Below are positions 18,231 through 27,358 of a stretch of 56,131 nt of DNA, piece after piece; positions within the stretch are counted from its first letter, which is position 1; every line of letters begins with the position of its first letter. A program made the translations under genes and the position numbers. Below the pieces are notes generated by a model. That model searched no databases. It had not been told where the DNA came from and saw only the letters and a list, made by a program, of their open reading frames with translations. This DNA comes from Gaiellales bacterium (GTDB lineage: Bacteria > Actinomycetota > Thermoleophilia > Gaiellales > F1-60-MAGs149). The DNA is taken from NCBI GenBank assembly GCA_038321545.1, contig JBBQFB010000002.1, positions 1 through 56,131 of the forward strand, given 5' to 3'.

Positions 18231-19328
18231 CTGAAGAGCAAGCGCGCAATCGTCACGCTGCTCGCCCTCGTCACGGCCACCGTCGCTGCTGCTTGCGGCG
18301 CGTCGGGTGACACGACGACGAGCGAGCCGGCAGCAACCACCGCCGCCCCCGCCGCGAGCGACACCGCTGCGGCAACCAGCACGGCGGCCGGTCCGGCCCT
18401 CAAGGTCGGACTCGCAACCGACCAGGGCGGACTGAACGACAAGGGCTTCAACCAGCTCGCGTTCCAGGGAGCGACGAAGGCGAAGGACGAGCTCGGCATC
18501 ACCCTCGAGGTGAAGGAGTCGAAGTCCGAGGCCGACTACGTGCCGAACCTGTCGTACTTCTGCGACAACGACTTCGACGTCATCATCGCGATCGGGTTCC
18601 TGATGGCGCCGACCGTCGGCCAGCTCGCCCCGAAGTGCACCAACTCGCAGTTCGCGATCGTCGACAACTCCGTCGTCGGCGATCCGATCAACGCGGCGCC
18701 GAACGTCACCGGTCTGCTGTTCAAGGAGCAGGAGACGGGCTACCTGGTCGGCTACCTCGCCGGACTGGTCGTGAAGAACAACATCAAGATCAGCGGCGCC
18801 AAGGCGGTCTCATCCGTCGGCGGCCTGAAGATCCCGCCCGTCGACCGGTTCATCGCCGGCTACCAGAAGGGCGCGGTCGACGCCGATCCCGGTCTGAAGA
18901 CACTGAATGGCTACTCCCAGGACTTCGTCGACCAGTCGAAGTGCAAGGAGCTCGCCCTGTCACAGATCGAGCAGGGCTCCGGCGTCGTGTTCCAGGTCGC
19001 GGGCGGCTGCGGTCTGGGCGCGCTCGAGGCGGCCGGTGAGAAGGGCGTCTGGGGCATCGGCGTCGACGCCGATCAGTCGGCTGTCGGGCCGCAGGTCCTG
19101 ACGTCGGCCGTGAAGCGCGTCGAGTCGGCCGTCTTCCTGGCCATCAAGGCGGCCCAGGACGGCACGCTCAAGGGCGGCACCGACAACATCTACGGCCTGG
19201 CCGAGGATGGCGTCGCACTGGGCAAGGTCTCGCCCGACGTGCCGCAGGCACTCGTCGACGAGGTCAACGCCAAGGCCGAAGAGATCAAGTCGGGATCGAT
19301 CGAGATTCCGGCCGAGCTCGCAGGCTGA
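18231..19328 (+). CDS. BMP-family (PnrA/Med-like) ABC substrate-binding lipoprotein, probably nucleoside-binding
   Basis: C-terminal part of ORF 17985..19328(+). Lipobox LVTATVAAAC|G, then a BMP-type domain (GLATDQGGLNDKGFNQLAF...). GGAGGAGGAG lies just upstream, but the only nearby in-frame start candidates are ATC (18228) and CTG (18231), so the start is uncertain. Confidence 0.82.
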   Translation: MKSKRAIVTLLALVTATVAAACGASGDTTTSEPAATTAAPAASDTAAATSTAAGPALKVGLATDQGGLNDKGFNQLAFQGATKAKDELGITLEVKESKSEADYVPNLSYFCDNDFDVIIAIGFLMAPTVGQLAPKCTNSQFAIVDNSVVGDPINAAPNVTGLLFKEQETGYLVGYLAGLVVKNNIKISGAKAVSSVGGLKIPPVDRFIAGYQKGAVDADPGLKTLNGYSQDFVDQSKCKELALSQIEQGSGVVFQVAGGCGLGALEAAGEKGVWGIGVDADQSAVGPQVLTSAVKRVESAVFLAIKAAQDGTLKGGTDNIYGLAEDGVALGKVSPDVPQALVDEVNAKAEEIKSGSIEIPAELAG

Positions 19329-19349
19329 TCTGCGCGGGGACTCGCACAC

Positions 19350-20906
19350 TTGACCGATGTCCCCGCAATGACGCCCCGGAGCCCGGGCACCACGGTGCTC
19401 GAGCTCCGGGGCATCACCAAGCGTTTCGGCGACTTCACGGCCAACGACCGCATCGACCTGGACGTCCGGGCCGGTGAGGTGCACGCGCTCCTCGGCGAGA
19501 ACGGTGCGGGCAAGTCGACGCTGATGAACTGCCTGTACGGCCTGTACCGGCCCGACGAGGGAGAGATCGTCCTCGAGGGGCAGGTGCAGCACTTCACGTC
19601 CAGCGCCGACGCCATCGGGGCGGGCATCGGGATGGTGCACCAGCACTTCATGCTGATCCCCGTGATGACCGTGACCGAGAACATCGTGCTGGCGGCCGAG
19701 CCGCGGCAGGGACTGTTCCTCGACATGGCGGAGGCCGAGCGTCGCGTCCGCGACCTGTCCGACCGCTACGACCTGCCCGTCGATCCGTCGGCGCGCGTCG
19801 AGGACATCGGCGTCGGCATGCAGCAGCGCGCCGAGATCCTGAAGGCGCTCTACCGCGACGCGCGGCTGCTGGTGCTGGACGAGCCGACCGCGGTGCTGAC
19901 ACCCCAGGAGGCGCTCGAGCTGTTCGCGGTGCTCAGCGAGCTGCGCGCCCGCGGCACGGCGATCATCCTGATCACCCACAAGCTCGACGAGGTGCTCGAG
20001 ATCGCCGACCGCGTGTCCGTGCTGCGGCGCGGGGTCAAGGTGGCGACAATCCCGGCTGCCGGCGCCACCGAGCGCGGCCTGGCCGAGCTGATGGTCGGCC
20101 GAGAGGTGCTGCTCGAGGTCACGAAGACCCCGTCGAAGCCCGCTGCGCCCGTGCTTGAGGTGACCGATCTGAATGTGTCCGACGACCGCCATCTCGAGGC
20201 GGTCAAGGACCTGACGTTCTCGGTCCGGGCCGGCGAGATCGTGGGCATCGCCGGAGTCGACGGCAACGGGCAGGCACAGCTCGTCGAGGCGATCGCCGGC
20301 ATGCGCTACGCGTCGTCCGGCGCGATGCTGATCGAAGGGCACGACATCGCAAAGGCGTCACCCCGCCGGTCGACCGAGGCCGGCGTCGCGCACATTCCCG
20401 AGGACCGGCAGGAGCACGGGCTCGTGCTCGACTTCTCGCTCGCCGAGAACGGCGTGCTGCACGACTACTACCGGCCGCCGATGTCGCACCACGGCTTCCT
20501 CGACCGGGACGCGATGCAGGAGCGGGCACAGGCCTACATCTCCCGCTACGACGTCCGCGGCGGCGGTCCCGGCACCCCCGCCGGCGCGTTGTCGGGCGGC
20601 AACCAGCAGAAGTTCATCGTCGCCCGCGAGGTCGAGTCCGACCCGCGCCTGATCCTCGCGTCGCAGCCGACGCGCGGCCTCGACGTCGGCGCCATCGAAT
20701 TCGTCCACCGACGCCTGATCGAGCAGCGCGACGCGGGCCGGGCCGTGCTGCTGGTGTCGTTCGAGCTCGACGAGATCCTGTCGCTCGCCGACCGCATCCT
20801 CGTGCTGTACGAGGGCCGGATCGTGCTGGAACGCACCCCTGCGACCACCAACGCGCAAGAGCTCGGCCTGGCCATGACCGGCGGCGTCGTGGAGCCCGTC
20901 TCGTGA
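19350..20906 (+). CDS. ABC transporter ATP-binding protein with duplicated ATPase domains (BMP/sugar type)
   Basis: 518 aa. Walker A GENGAGKST and signature/Walker B (LLVLDEPT) in domain 1; LSGGNQQK and LLVSFELDE in domain 2. Confidence 0.92.
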   Translation: MTDVPAMTPRSPGTTVLELRGITKRFGDFTANDRIDLDVRAGEVHALLGENGAGKSTLMNCLYGLYRPDEGEIVLEGQVQHFTSSADAIGAGIGMVHQHFMLIPVMTVTENIVLAAEPRQGLFLDMAEAERRVRDLSDRYDLPVDPSARVEDIGVGMQQRAEILKALYRDARLLVLDEPTAVLTPQEALELFAVLSELRARGTAIILITHKLDEVLEIADRVSVLRRGVKVATIPAAGATERGLAELMVGREVLLEVTKTPSKPAAPVLEVTDLNVSDDRHLEAVKDLTFSVRAGEIVGIAGVDGNGQAQLVEAIAGMRYASSGAMLIEGHDIAKASPRRSTEAGVAHIPEDRQEHGLVLDFSLAENGVLHDYYRPPMSHHGFLDRDAMQERAQAYISRYDVRGGGPGTPAGALSGGNQQKFIVAREVESDPRLILASQPTRGLDVGAIEFVHRRLIEQRDAGRAVLLVSFELDEILSLADRILVLYEGRIVLERTPATTNAQELGLAMTGGVVEPVS

Positions 20907-22096
20907 CGCCGGCGCTGCGAGCCCGGCTGGTATCGATCGGCTATCCGCTGATGACGCTCGTCCTCGGCCTGCTGGTCGGGGCGATCGCCGTCATCATCGT
21001 CGGCGGCAACCCGATCGTCGTCTACAAGCAGCTCGCCGACGGCGCCGGCCTGCAGTGGCTCCTGCAGTGGGTACCCGGCAACCCGTTCGGGGTGACCGTC
21101 AAGGACGCGAAGATCGGCGAGACGAACGTCACGTCCACGCTCGTCAACGTGACGCCGGCGATCCTGGCCGGCCTCGCGGTCGGCTTCGCGTTCCGGTGCG
21201 GGATGTTCAACATCGGGGCCGGCGGCCAGCTCGTGATGGGTGCGATCGCCTCCTTCGTCGTCGCCCACTTCGTCGGCGGCGGTATCGTCGGCATGGTCCT
21301 GGCATCGATCGCGGGCGTGCTCGCCGGGTTCCTCTACGGCGCCGTTCCCGGGGCCCTCCGAGCGTACCGCGGAGCGCACGAGGTGATCACGACGATCATG
21401 CTGAACTTCGTCGCGATCCAGATCGGCCGCTACCTCGTCGGCATCGGAGGGCCGCTCCAGAAGAAGAACAGCGGCACGCCCTTCTCGGAGAAGCTCGACC
21501 CGTCCGTGCGGTGGCCGCACTTCTGGGGCGAGTTCGAGACGAACCAGGTGCACCTCGGCCTGTTGCTGGCGCTGATCGCCGTCGTCGTCTACTGGGTCGT
21601 GCTCGAGCGCACGACGCTCGGCTACGAGGTGCGGTCGGTCGGATACAACCCCGAGGCCGCCCGCTACGGTGGCGTGTCGGTGCCGCGTGCAGTCGTGCTG
21701 GCGATGGCCATCGCCGGCGCCTTTGCGGGCCTCGCCGGCTCGGGCGAGACGCTCGGCCACTACTACCAGCTGCAGGAGAACACGCTCTCCGGCGTGCTCG
21801 TGACGCTCGGCTTCACGGGCATCGCCGTGGCGCTGCTCGGTCGCAACCACCCGGTCGGCATCGTGCTCGCGGCGTTTCTGTTCGCCGGCCTCGACTCCGG
21901 CGCGCGCCAGTTGTCGGGAGAGATCCCGGCCGAACTGGCCCGTGCGCTGGCGACCATCATCCAGGGCGCGGTGATCCTGTTCGTCGGCGGCGAGGGGCTG
22001 CTCCACTGGATCTTCCGGGCCCGCGGCCCGAAGAAGGAGCGCACCGTTCACCCGACGATGCCCGAGGCGGCGCCGACGCCGGGAGCAGACCTGTGA
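20903..22096 (+). CDS. ABC transporter permease (BMP-type system, first permease)
   Basis: 397 aa, polytopic. 4-nt overlap with the ATPase gene. Confidence 0.87.
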   Translation: MTPALRARLVSIGYPLMTLVLGLLVGAIAVIIVGGNPIVVYKQLADGAGLQWLLQWVPGNPFGVTVKDAKIGETNVTSTLVNVTPAILAGLAVGFAFRCGMFNIGAGGQLVMGAIASFVVAHFVGGGIVGMVLASIAGVLAGFLYGAVPGALRAYRGAHEVITTIMLNFVAIQIGRYLVGIGGPLQKKNSGTPFSEKLDPSVRWPHFWGEFETNQVHLGLLLALIAVVVYWVVLERTTLGYEVRSVGYNPEAARYGGVSVPRAVVLAMAIAGAFAGLAGSGETLGHYYQLQENTLSGVLVTLGFTGIAVALLGRNHPVGIVLAAFLFAGLDSGARQLSGEIPAELARALATIIQGAVILFVGGEGLLHWIFRARGPKKERTVHPTMPEAAPTPGADL

Positions 22097-23256
22097 CCGT
22101 CACGCCCGCGCGATTCGCGCAGGCCGGCATGGTGTCAGCCGGCCTCGCCGTGCTGTCGGTGGTGCCGCCGATCCTGCTCGACACGCTGATCGCGCCGCTC
22201 GTGTTCGCGAGCATCGCGGTGGTGCTCGGCATCGTCGCGATCCGCGGCGGCGAGGGGCGGCTCGGCGGGCTGGCGCTGTTCGCCGCTTCGGTCGGCGGCC
22301 TGTCCGGTGTGCTGTTCGCAAACACGGATACGGGCACCGTCGAGAACATCGTGACGGCCGGCCTGTTCGCCTCGACGCTGCGGTTCGCCACACCGCTCGT
22401 GCTGGGCGGCCTCGGCGGCGTGATCTCCGAGCGCTCGGGCGTCACCAACATCGCCATCGAGGGCATGATGTTGATGGGCTGCTTCTGGGGCTTCTGGGCG
22501 TCGACGGAGACGCTGTCGTGGCCGATCGGACTGCTGGCCGCCATGTTCGCCGGCGGCGTGTCGGCGCTCATCCACGCGTTCTTCTCGATCCACCTCGGCG
22601 GGAACCAGATCATCTCCGGCACGGCGATCAACATCCTCGCGCTGGGCGTGACGTCGTTCGCCTACCGCTCGCTGATCGGCTCGTCCGGTACGCCCAAGGT
22701 CGACCGGATCCCATCCGTTCACCTGCCCGGCATCGCCGACATCCCGTTCCTCGGCGACATCGTCGGCGACCTCAATCTGATGGTCTGGCTGATGTTCGCG
22801 CTGGTGGTGCTGACGTGGCTCTTCATCACACGCACCCCGTGGGGGCTGCGCCTGCGCGCCGTCGGCGAGCATCCGCGAGCGGCCGACACGGTCGGGATCG
22901 ACGTCTACCGCGTCCGCTATCTCGCGGTCGTCACGAGCGGGCTGCTGGCGGGCATGGCGGGCGCCTTCCTGTCGTTCGGCTTCGGCTCGTCGTTCAACGA
23001 GAACATGACGAACGGTCGCGGGTTCATCGCCCTGGCCGCGGTGGTGTTCGGCAACTGGCGGCCGTTCGGCGTCCTGTGGGCCGCGCTGCTGTTCGGATTT
23101 GCGAGCGCACTCGGCAACGTCCTGCAGACGGCGGCCGGCGTGAACGCCACGCTGGTGAACGCGCTGCCCTACGTCTTCACGCTGGTTGCGCTGGTCGGCC
23201 TGGTCGGCCGATCGCGTGCGCCGGCGGCCGCCGGCAGGCCGTACAAGAAGCAGTAG
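22093..23256 (+). CDS. ABC transporter permease (BMP-type system, second permease)
   Basis: 387 aa from GTG 22093 (GTGA overlap) within ORF 21055..23256(+): ...ERSGVTNIAIEGMMLMGCFWG... Confidence 0.87.
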   Translation: MTVTPARFAQAGMVSAGLAVLSVVPPILLDTLIAPLVFASIAVVLGIVAIRGGEGRLGGLALFAASVGGLSGVLFANTDTGTVENIVTAGLFASTLRFATPLVLGGLGGVISERSGVTNIAIEGMMLMGCFWGFWASTETLSWPIGLLAAMFAGGVSALIHAFFSIHLGGNQIISGTAINILALGVTSFAYRSLIGSSGTPKVDRIPSVHLPGIADIPFLGDIVGDLNLMVWLMFALVVLTWLFITRTPWGLRLRAVGEHPRAADTVGIDVYRVRYLAVVTSGLLAGMAGAFLSFGFGSSFNENMTNGRGFIALAAVVFGNWRPFGVLWAALLFGFASALGNVLQTAAGVNATLVNALPYVFTLVALVGLVGRSRAPAAAGRPYKKQ

Positions 23257-23315
23257 CGGCGCTCGGAAGGAGTCGCACTCATGTCGGCGAACCTCACTGC
23301 CGAGAGGAATTGCCA

Positions 23316-23645
23316 ATGGGACGCCCGCGCCACTCCAGCCGCCAGATCGACCGTCTGCTCGCCGCCTTCATGCGGGATCCGGGCATGTGGCGCTATGGCT
23401 ACGAGCTCGCGAAAGACGCGGGCATTCCGACCGGCACGCTGTATCCGGCGTTGCTGCGCCTGGCCGACGACGAGTACCTCGAGGACCATTGGGAGCTTCC
23501 CGATGACCGCGGTGGCCGCGTCCGCCGGATGTACCGCCTGACGCCGTCCGGCATGAGCTTCGCCGAGGACCGTCTGGTGGCAATGGGTCGCGACGCGATC
23601 CGCCGCGGCTCGGTCACCGTCGGCACGGTTCCCACCGTTACGTAG
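23316..23645 (+). CDS. PadR-family transcriptional regulator
   Basis: 109 aa from ATG 23316 (GAGAGGA 7 nt upstream): ...WRYGYELAKDAGIPTGTLYPALLRLADDEYLEDHWE...RRMYRLT. Confidence 0.8.
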   Translation: MGRPRHSSRQIDRLLAAFMRDPGMWRYGYELAKDAGIPTGTLYPALLRLADDEYLEDHWELPDDRGGRVRRMYRLTPSGMSFAEDRLVAMGRDAIRRGSVTVGTVPTVT

Positions 23646-23704
23646 CTCCCACCGTCACGTAGCTGCACGCCGGCGCGTGGCGGTCCGGGCCGATCGCTGC
23701 GATC

Positions 23705-24649
23705 ATGCGCAGCGTGGCACACGAGCTTCCCATCGACTCCGGGCAGGTGGCCCGCTTCGTCGACATCGCGACGTTCATGCGCGCCCCGCGCATCGCCGAC
23801 CTCGACCGCGTCGACATCGCGCTGTTCGGCATCCCGTTCGACCTCGGCCTGGCCTACCGGCCCGGCTCCCGGCACGCACCGGCCGCCGTCCGCGAGGCGT
23901 CGCGCGTCATCCGCCGCGTCAACCCGACGACCAGGGTCAACCCCTTCGCGCTCTGCCAGGTGGCCGACGTCGGCGACGTCAACGTCCATCCGTACGACTT
24001 CGACGGCGCCGTCGACGCGATGACGGCGTACGTGCGCGAACTCCGCGAGCACGGCGCAGCGCCCATCGCGTGCGGCGGTGACCATCTGATCACGCTGCCG
24101 TGCCTGCGCGGCCTGTACGACGGGACGCCGTTCGGCGTCGTCCAGTTCGACTCGCACTCCGACACGCTGGACGAGTTCTACGGCCGCAAGATCACCCACG
24201 CCACGACCATGCGGCGGGCCTGCGAGGAGGGCCTGATCGATCCGCGCCGTTGCGTGCAGATCGGCCTCCGCGGCAGCCTCTGGGACGGCGACGACTTCGC
24301 GTACGCCGAGGAGGCCGGCATGCGCGTGATCACCTACGACGAGTACGACGAGATGGGACGTGCGGCCGCGATCGCCGAGATCCGGCGCGTCGTCGGCTCC
24401 GGCCCGACCTACGTGACGTACGACATCGACGGCCTCGATCCGACCCAGGCGCCGGGCACGGCCGTGATGGAGCCGGGCGGCTTCTCGATGCGCGACTCGC
24501 AGGTGATCCTGCGCGGCATGCACGGCCTCAACATCGTCGGCGGCGACGTGTCCGAGGTGTCGCCGCCGCTCGATGTCGGCGGCATCACGGTCACGAACGC
24601 GGCGAACCTGCTGTTCGAGATCCTCTGCCTGGTGGCAGCCGCTCGCTGA
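23705..24649 (+). CDS. ureohydrolase-family enzyme (agmatinase / guanidino-acid hydrolase type)
   Basis: 314 aa: GIPFD...RHAPAAVR..., GGDHLITLP, FDSHSDT, DIDGLDP, SEVSPP. These are Mn-ligand motifs of the arginase/agmatinase fold. Confidence 0.87.
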   Translation: MRSVAHELPIDSGQVARFVDIATFMRAPRIADLDRVDIALFGIPFDLGLAYRPGSRHAPAAVREASRVIRRVNPTTRVNPFALCQVADVGDVNVHPYDFDGAVDAMTAYVRELREHGAAPIACGGDHLITLPCLRGLYDGTPFGVVQFDSHSDTLDEFYGRKITHATTMRRACEEGLIDPRRCVQIGLRGSLWDGDDFAYAEEAGMRVITYDEYDEMGRAAAIAEIRRVVGSGPTYVTYDIDGLDPTQAPGTAVMEPGGFSMRDSQVILRGMHGLNIVGGDVSEVSPPLDVGGITVTNAANLLFEILCLVAAAR

Positions 24650-25250
24650 TCCACGCCCGCGCGGCCGCCCATGCGGGCTCCGCCGGATCGATGTGCTCCA
24701 TGTGGCCGCAGCCGGCCAGCTCGACGTACTCGCACGCCGCGGCGACGGCCGCGTACTCGCGGCCGATCGCGACCGGCACGTGACGGTCGGCGTCGCCGTG
24801 GACGACGAGGTGCGGAACAACGGGCGGACGTCCGACGGGAGAGGGCGCGCCGGCGACGATCAGCCGCTCGGCCGCGCCCTGGCACGCGCCCAGCTCGACG
24901 GCTCGGCGGAGGTCCGCCACCGGCGCCTGGGCCACGGCCGGTAGGCCGCGGGCCGCCGCCACGAGCAGCGCCAGGTGGCCGCCCGCCGAGTGGCCGACGA
25001 CCAGCTCCGCGCCGGTGGCGTCCACCGCGGCCAGCACGTCGTCGAGCGGCTCCGGCCAGGTGCCTCCGGCGTCGAGGCGGCGGTACTCCACGTTCGCCAC
25101 CCGGTAGCCCAGCGCTGCCAGGTCGCCGGCGATCGGGCCGCACTGCGTCCGGTCGTACTGCGCGCGCCAGCAGCCACCGTGCACGATCGCCACGGTCGGC
25201 CCGTCGCCGGTCACGTCGACCACCTGCTCGGGATGCTCGCCATATCTCAT
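24591..25250 (-). CDS. alpha/beta-hydrolase, probable kynurenine (aryl)formamidase
   Basis: 219 aa from ATG 25248-25250 within ORF 24591..25778(-): HGGCW oxyanion motif, GHSAGG nucleophile elbow, HGDAD/GH. ATGA overlap with the kynureninase stop. The 3' end overlaps the convergent ureohydrolase gene by 59 nt. Confidence 0.62.
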   Translation of the reverse strand: MRYGEHPEQVVDVTGDGPTVAIVHGGCWRAQYDRTQCGPIAGDLAALGYRVANVEYRRLDAGGTWPEPLDDVLAAVDATGAELVVGHSAGGHLALLVAAARGLPAVAQAPVADLRRAVELGACQGAAERLIVAGAPSPVGRPPVVPHLVVHGDADRHVPVAIGREYAAVAAACEYVELAGCGHMEHIDPAEPAWAAARAWISERLPPGRGSRTAGSPRS

Positions 25251-26386
25251 GCGAGCACGGCGGTGAGCGCCTCGGCCGCCCGTGCGCAGTCGGCGTAGCT
25301 CGTGATCAGCGGCACGGGCGCGAACCGCAGCACGTCGGGCTCGCGGAAGTCGCAGATCACGCCGTGCTCGGTCCGCAGCCGGCCGGCCAGCATGCGCGCC
25401 TCGGGCACGCGCACCGATAGCTGGCAGCCGCGCCGCGCCGGGTCGCGGGGCGTCAGCAGCTCGACGCCGGCGATGGCATCGAGCCGCGCCTCGAGCATCG
25501 CCGTGAGCCGCACCGATCGCTCCCGCAGCGCGGCGAAGCCGATCTCGTCGAACAGCTCCAGCGACGCCGCCAGCGGGGCCATCGCGAGCACCGACGGCGT
25601 CGACAGCGCAAATCCGCCCGCGCCGGAACCGGCCACGAAGTCGGGCTCCATGCGGAATCGCTCGGCGGCGGCGACGCCCCACCAGCCCGCCAGCCGCGGC
25701 GCGTCGTGGTGGCGCTCGTTGACGAAGATCGCGCCGGGCGCTCCCGGCCCGCCGTTGAGGTACTTGTACGTGCACCACGCCGCCGCGTCCACGTCGCAGG
25801 AGCGCAGGTCGAGTGGCATGTTGCCGGCCGCGTGCGCGAGGTCGACCAGCACGACCGCACCGGCCGCGTGCGCCGCGGCGGTGATCGCGGCGATATCAGC
25901 GGCCGCGCCGGTCAGGTACGACACGCCGGCCAGCAGCACGACCGCCACGGTCTCGTCGATCGCACCGGCGTCGCGGGTGACGGCGACGGCCGGATCGAGC
26001 CCGTGCCAGCGGACGTGGCTCGCGGCGACGTGCGAGTCGGACGGGAACGCGTCGTCGTCGATCGCGATCCGGAACCGCTCCGCCGTCGGCCGGTACAGCG
26101 CGGCCAGCAGCAGGTGCAGGTTGACGCTGAGCGAGTTCATGACCGCGATGTCGCCCGGTTCGGCTCCGACGATCCGTGCCAGCGGCGCTCGCAGCCGGTC
26201 GGCCGCATCGAGCCAGCCGGCCTCCACCCAGCCCTCGACGGCGAGGGTCGCCCACTCGTCGACCCGGCGCGTGATCTCGTCGCGGGCGGCGAGTGGCTGC
26301 AGGCCGAGGGAGTTGCCGGCGAGGTAGACCTCGGGCGGCAGCGCGAACCGGTCGCGCGCAGGGGCGGGATCGCTGCGGTCGTTCAT
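25247..26386 (-). CDS. kynU: kynureninase
   Basis: 379 aa from ATG 26384-26386 within ORF 25247..26977(-): ...YLAGNSLGLQP...FPSDSH...WCTYKYLNGGPGAPGAIFV (PLP-lysine region). Confidence 0.87.
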   Translation of the reverse strand: MNDRSDPAPARDRFALPPEVYLAGNSLGLQPLAARDEITRRVDEWATLAVEGWVEAGWLDAADRLRAPLARIVGAEPGDIAVMNSLSVNLHLLLAALYRPTAERFRIAIDDDAFPSDSHVAASHVRWHGLDPAVAVTRDAGAIDETVAVVLLAGVSYLTGAAADIAAITAAAHAAGAVVLVDLAHAAGNMPLDLRSCDVDAAAWCTYKYLNGGPGAPGAIFVNERHHDAPRLAGWWGVAAAERFRMEPDFVAGSGAGGFALSTPSVLAMAPLAASLELFDEIGFAALRERSVRLTAMLEARLDAIAGVELLTPRDPARRGCQLSVRVPEARMLAGRLRTEHGVICDFREPDVLRFAPVPLITSYADCARAAEALTAVLA

Positions 26387-26411
26387 CGGAAGCCCAAGAT
26401 ACAGTCTCCGA

Positions 26412-27308
26412 ATGGCCCCTACGCGTCTCGTGATCGACTGCGACCCGGGCATCGACGATGCCATTGCCCTGCTGCTCGCCGTTGCCGGCCCAGAGCTGTC
26501 GCTAGAGGCCGTCACGGCCGTCGGCGGCAACGTCGGCCTCGAGCGCACCGCGCCGAACGCGCTGCGCGTGCTCGAGCTCGCCGGCCGTGCCGACATCCCG
26601 GTCAGCGCCGGCGCGGGGAGGCCGCTGGTCTGGCCTGTCGAGCAGCGGGCAACGGCCGTCCACGGCGCCGACGGGCTCGGCGATGCCGGCCTCGGCGATC
26701 CGACCGGCTGCGTCGACGGTCGCCACGCCGCAGACGTCCTCGGTACGCTCGACGGCGTCACCGTGGTTGCGATCGGACCGCTCACCAACGTCGCGCTGGC
26801 GCTTGCCCGGCGCCCGGAGGCGGTGCGCGGCATCGAGCGGCTGGTCTGGATGGGCGGAGGGTTCAGCGGCGGCAACGTCACCCCGGCGGCGGAGTTCAAC
26901 GCCTGGTGGGATCCGGAGGCGGCGGCGCGGGTGCTGCAGGCCGGCCTCGAGCTCGTGATCGTGCCGCTCGATGCCACCCGGGACGCGACGGTCGGCCCGT
27001 CCGAGATCGCCCGGCTGGCACCGGAGGCGGCGGCGATGCTGTCGTACTACCTGCGCTTCTATCACGGCGCGTACGGCGTGGAGGAGTGCCGCCTGCACGA
27101 CCCGCTGGCCGTCGCGGTGCTGCTCGACGAGTCGATCGTCGACCAGGTCGACGCGCGCGTCGAGATCGATTGCACACGGGACGTCTCGCGCGGCGCCACG
27201 CTGGCCGATCGACGCGGCCAGACCGGGCCCGCGAACGCGCGCATCGCCGTCGCGGCGGACACCGAGCGCTTCCGCGCGCTGATCGTGGAGCGCCTCGCCG
27301 TTTCCTGA
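26412..27308 (+). CDS. nucleoside hydrolase (inosine-uridine-preferring family)
   Basis: 298 aa with the N-terminal DCDPGIDDA aspartate cluster, ...GPLTNVA..., ...EFNAWWDPEAA.... TACAGT at 26400-26405 lies 6 nt before the ATG (leaderless-type promoter). Confidence 0.9.
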   Translation: MAPTRLVIDCDPGIDDAIALLLAVAGPELSLEAVTAVGGNVGLERTAPNALRVLELAGRADIPVSAGAGRPLVWPVEQRATAVHGADGLGDAGLGDPTGCVDGRHAADVLGTLDGVTVVAIGPLTNVALALARRPEAVRGIERLVWMGGGFSGGNVTPAAEFNAWWDPEAAARVLQAGLELVIVPLDATRDATVGPSEIARLAPEAAAMLSYYLRFYHGAYGVEECRLHDPLAVAVLLDESIVDQVDARVEIDCTRDVSRGATLADRRGQTGPANARIAVAADTERFRALIVERLAVS

Positions 27309-27319
27309 CGCCGGGTCGC

Positions 27320-27350
27320 TTTTGATAATCAGTCTCGTTTTCGGTAGCCT
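27320..27350 (+). promoter_or_regulatory. AT-rich candidate Zur/Fur-type operator overlapping a -10 element
   Basis: TTTTGATAATCAGTCTCGTTTTCGG(27320-27344) is followed by TAGCCT(27345-27350), 8 nt before the GTG start at 27359. Half-sites GATAAT / GTTTTC resemble GAAAAT / ATTTTC but have a longer spacer. It is the only AT-rich patch in this neighbourhood. Confidence 0.4.
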
Positions 27351-27358
27351 CTCGCTCG

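Noticed and set aside
23705-26386. Ureohydrolase, formamidase and kynureninase as a complete tryptophan-to-anthranilate operon.
   Set aside because: No tryptophan 2,3-dioxygenase gene is present. The ureohydrolase is on the opposite strand, convergent with the other two. Only the formamidase-kynureninase pair is supported, by its ATGA coupling.
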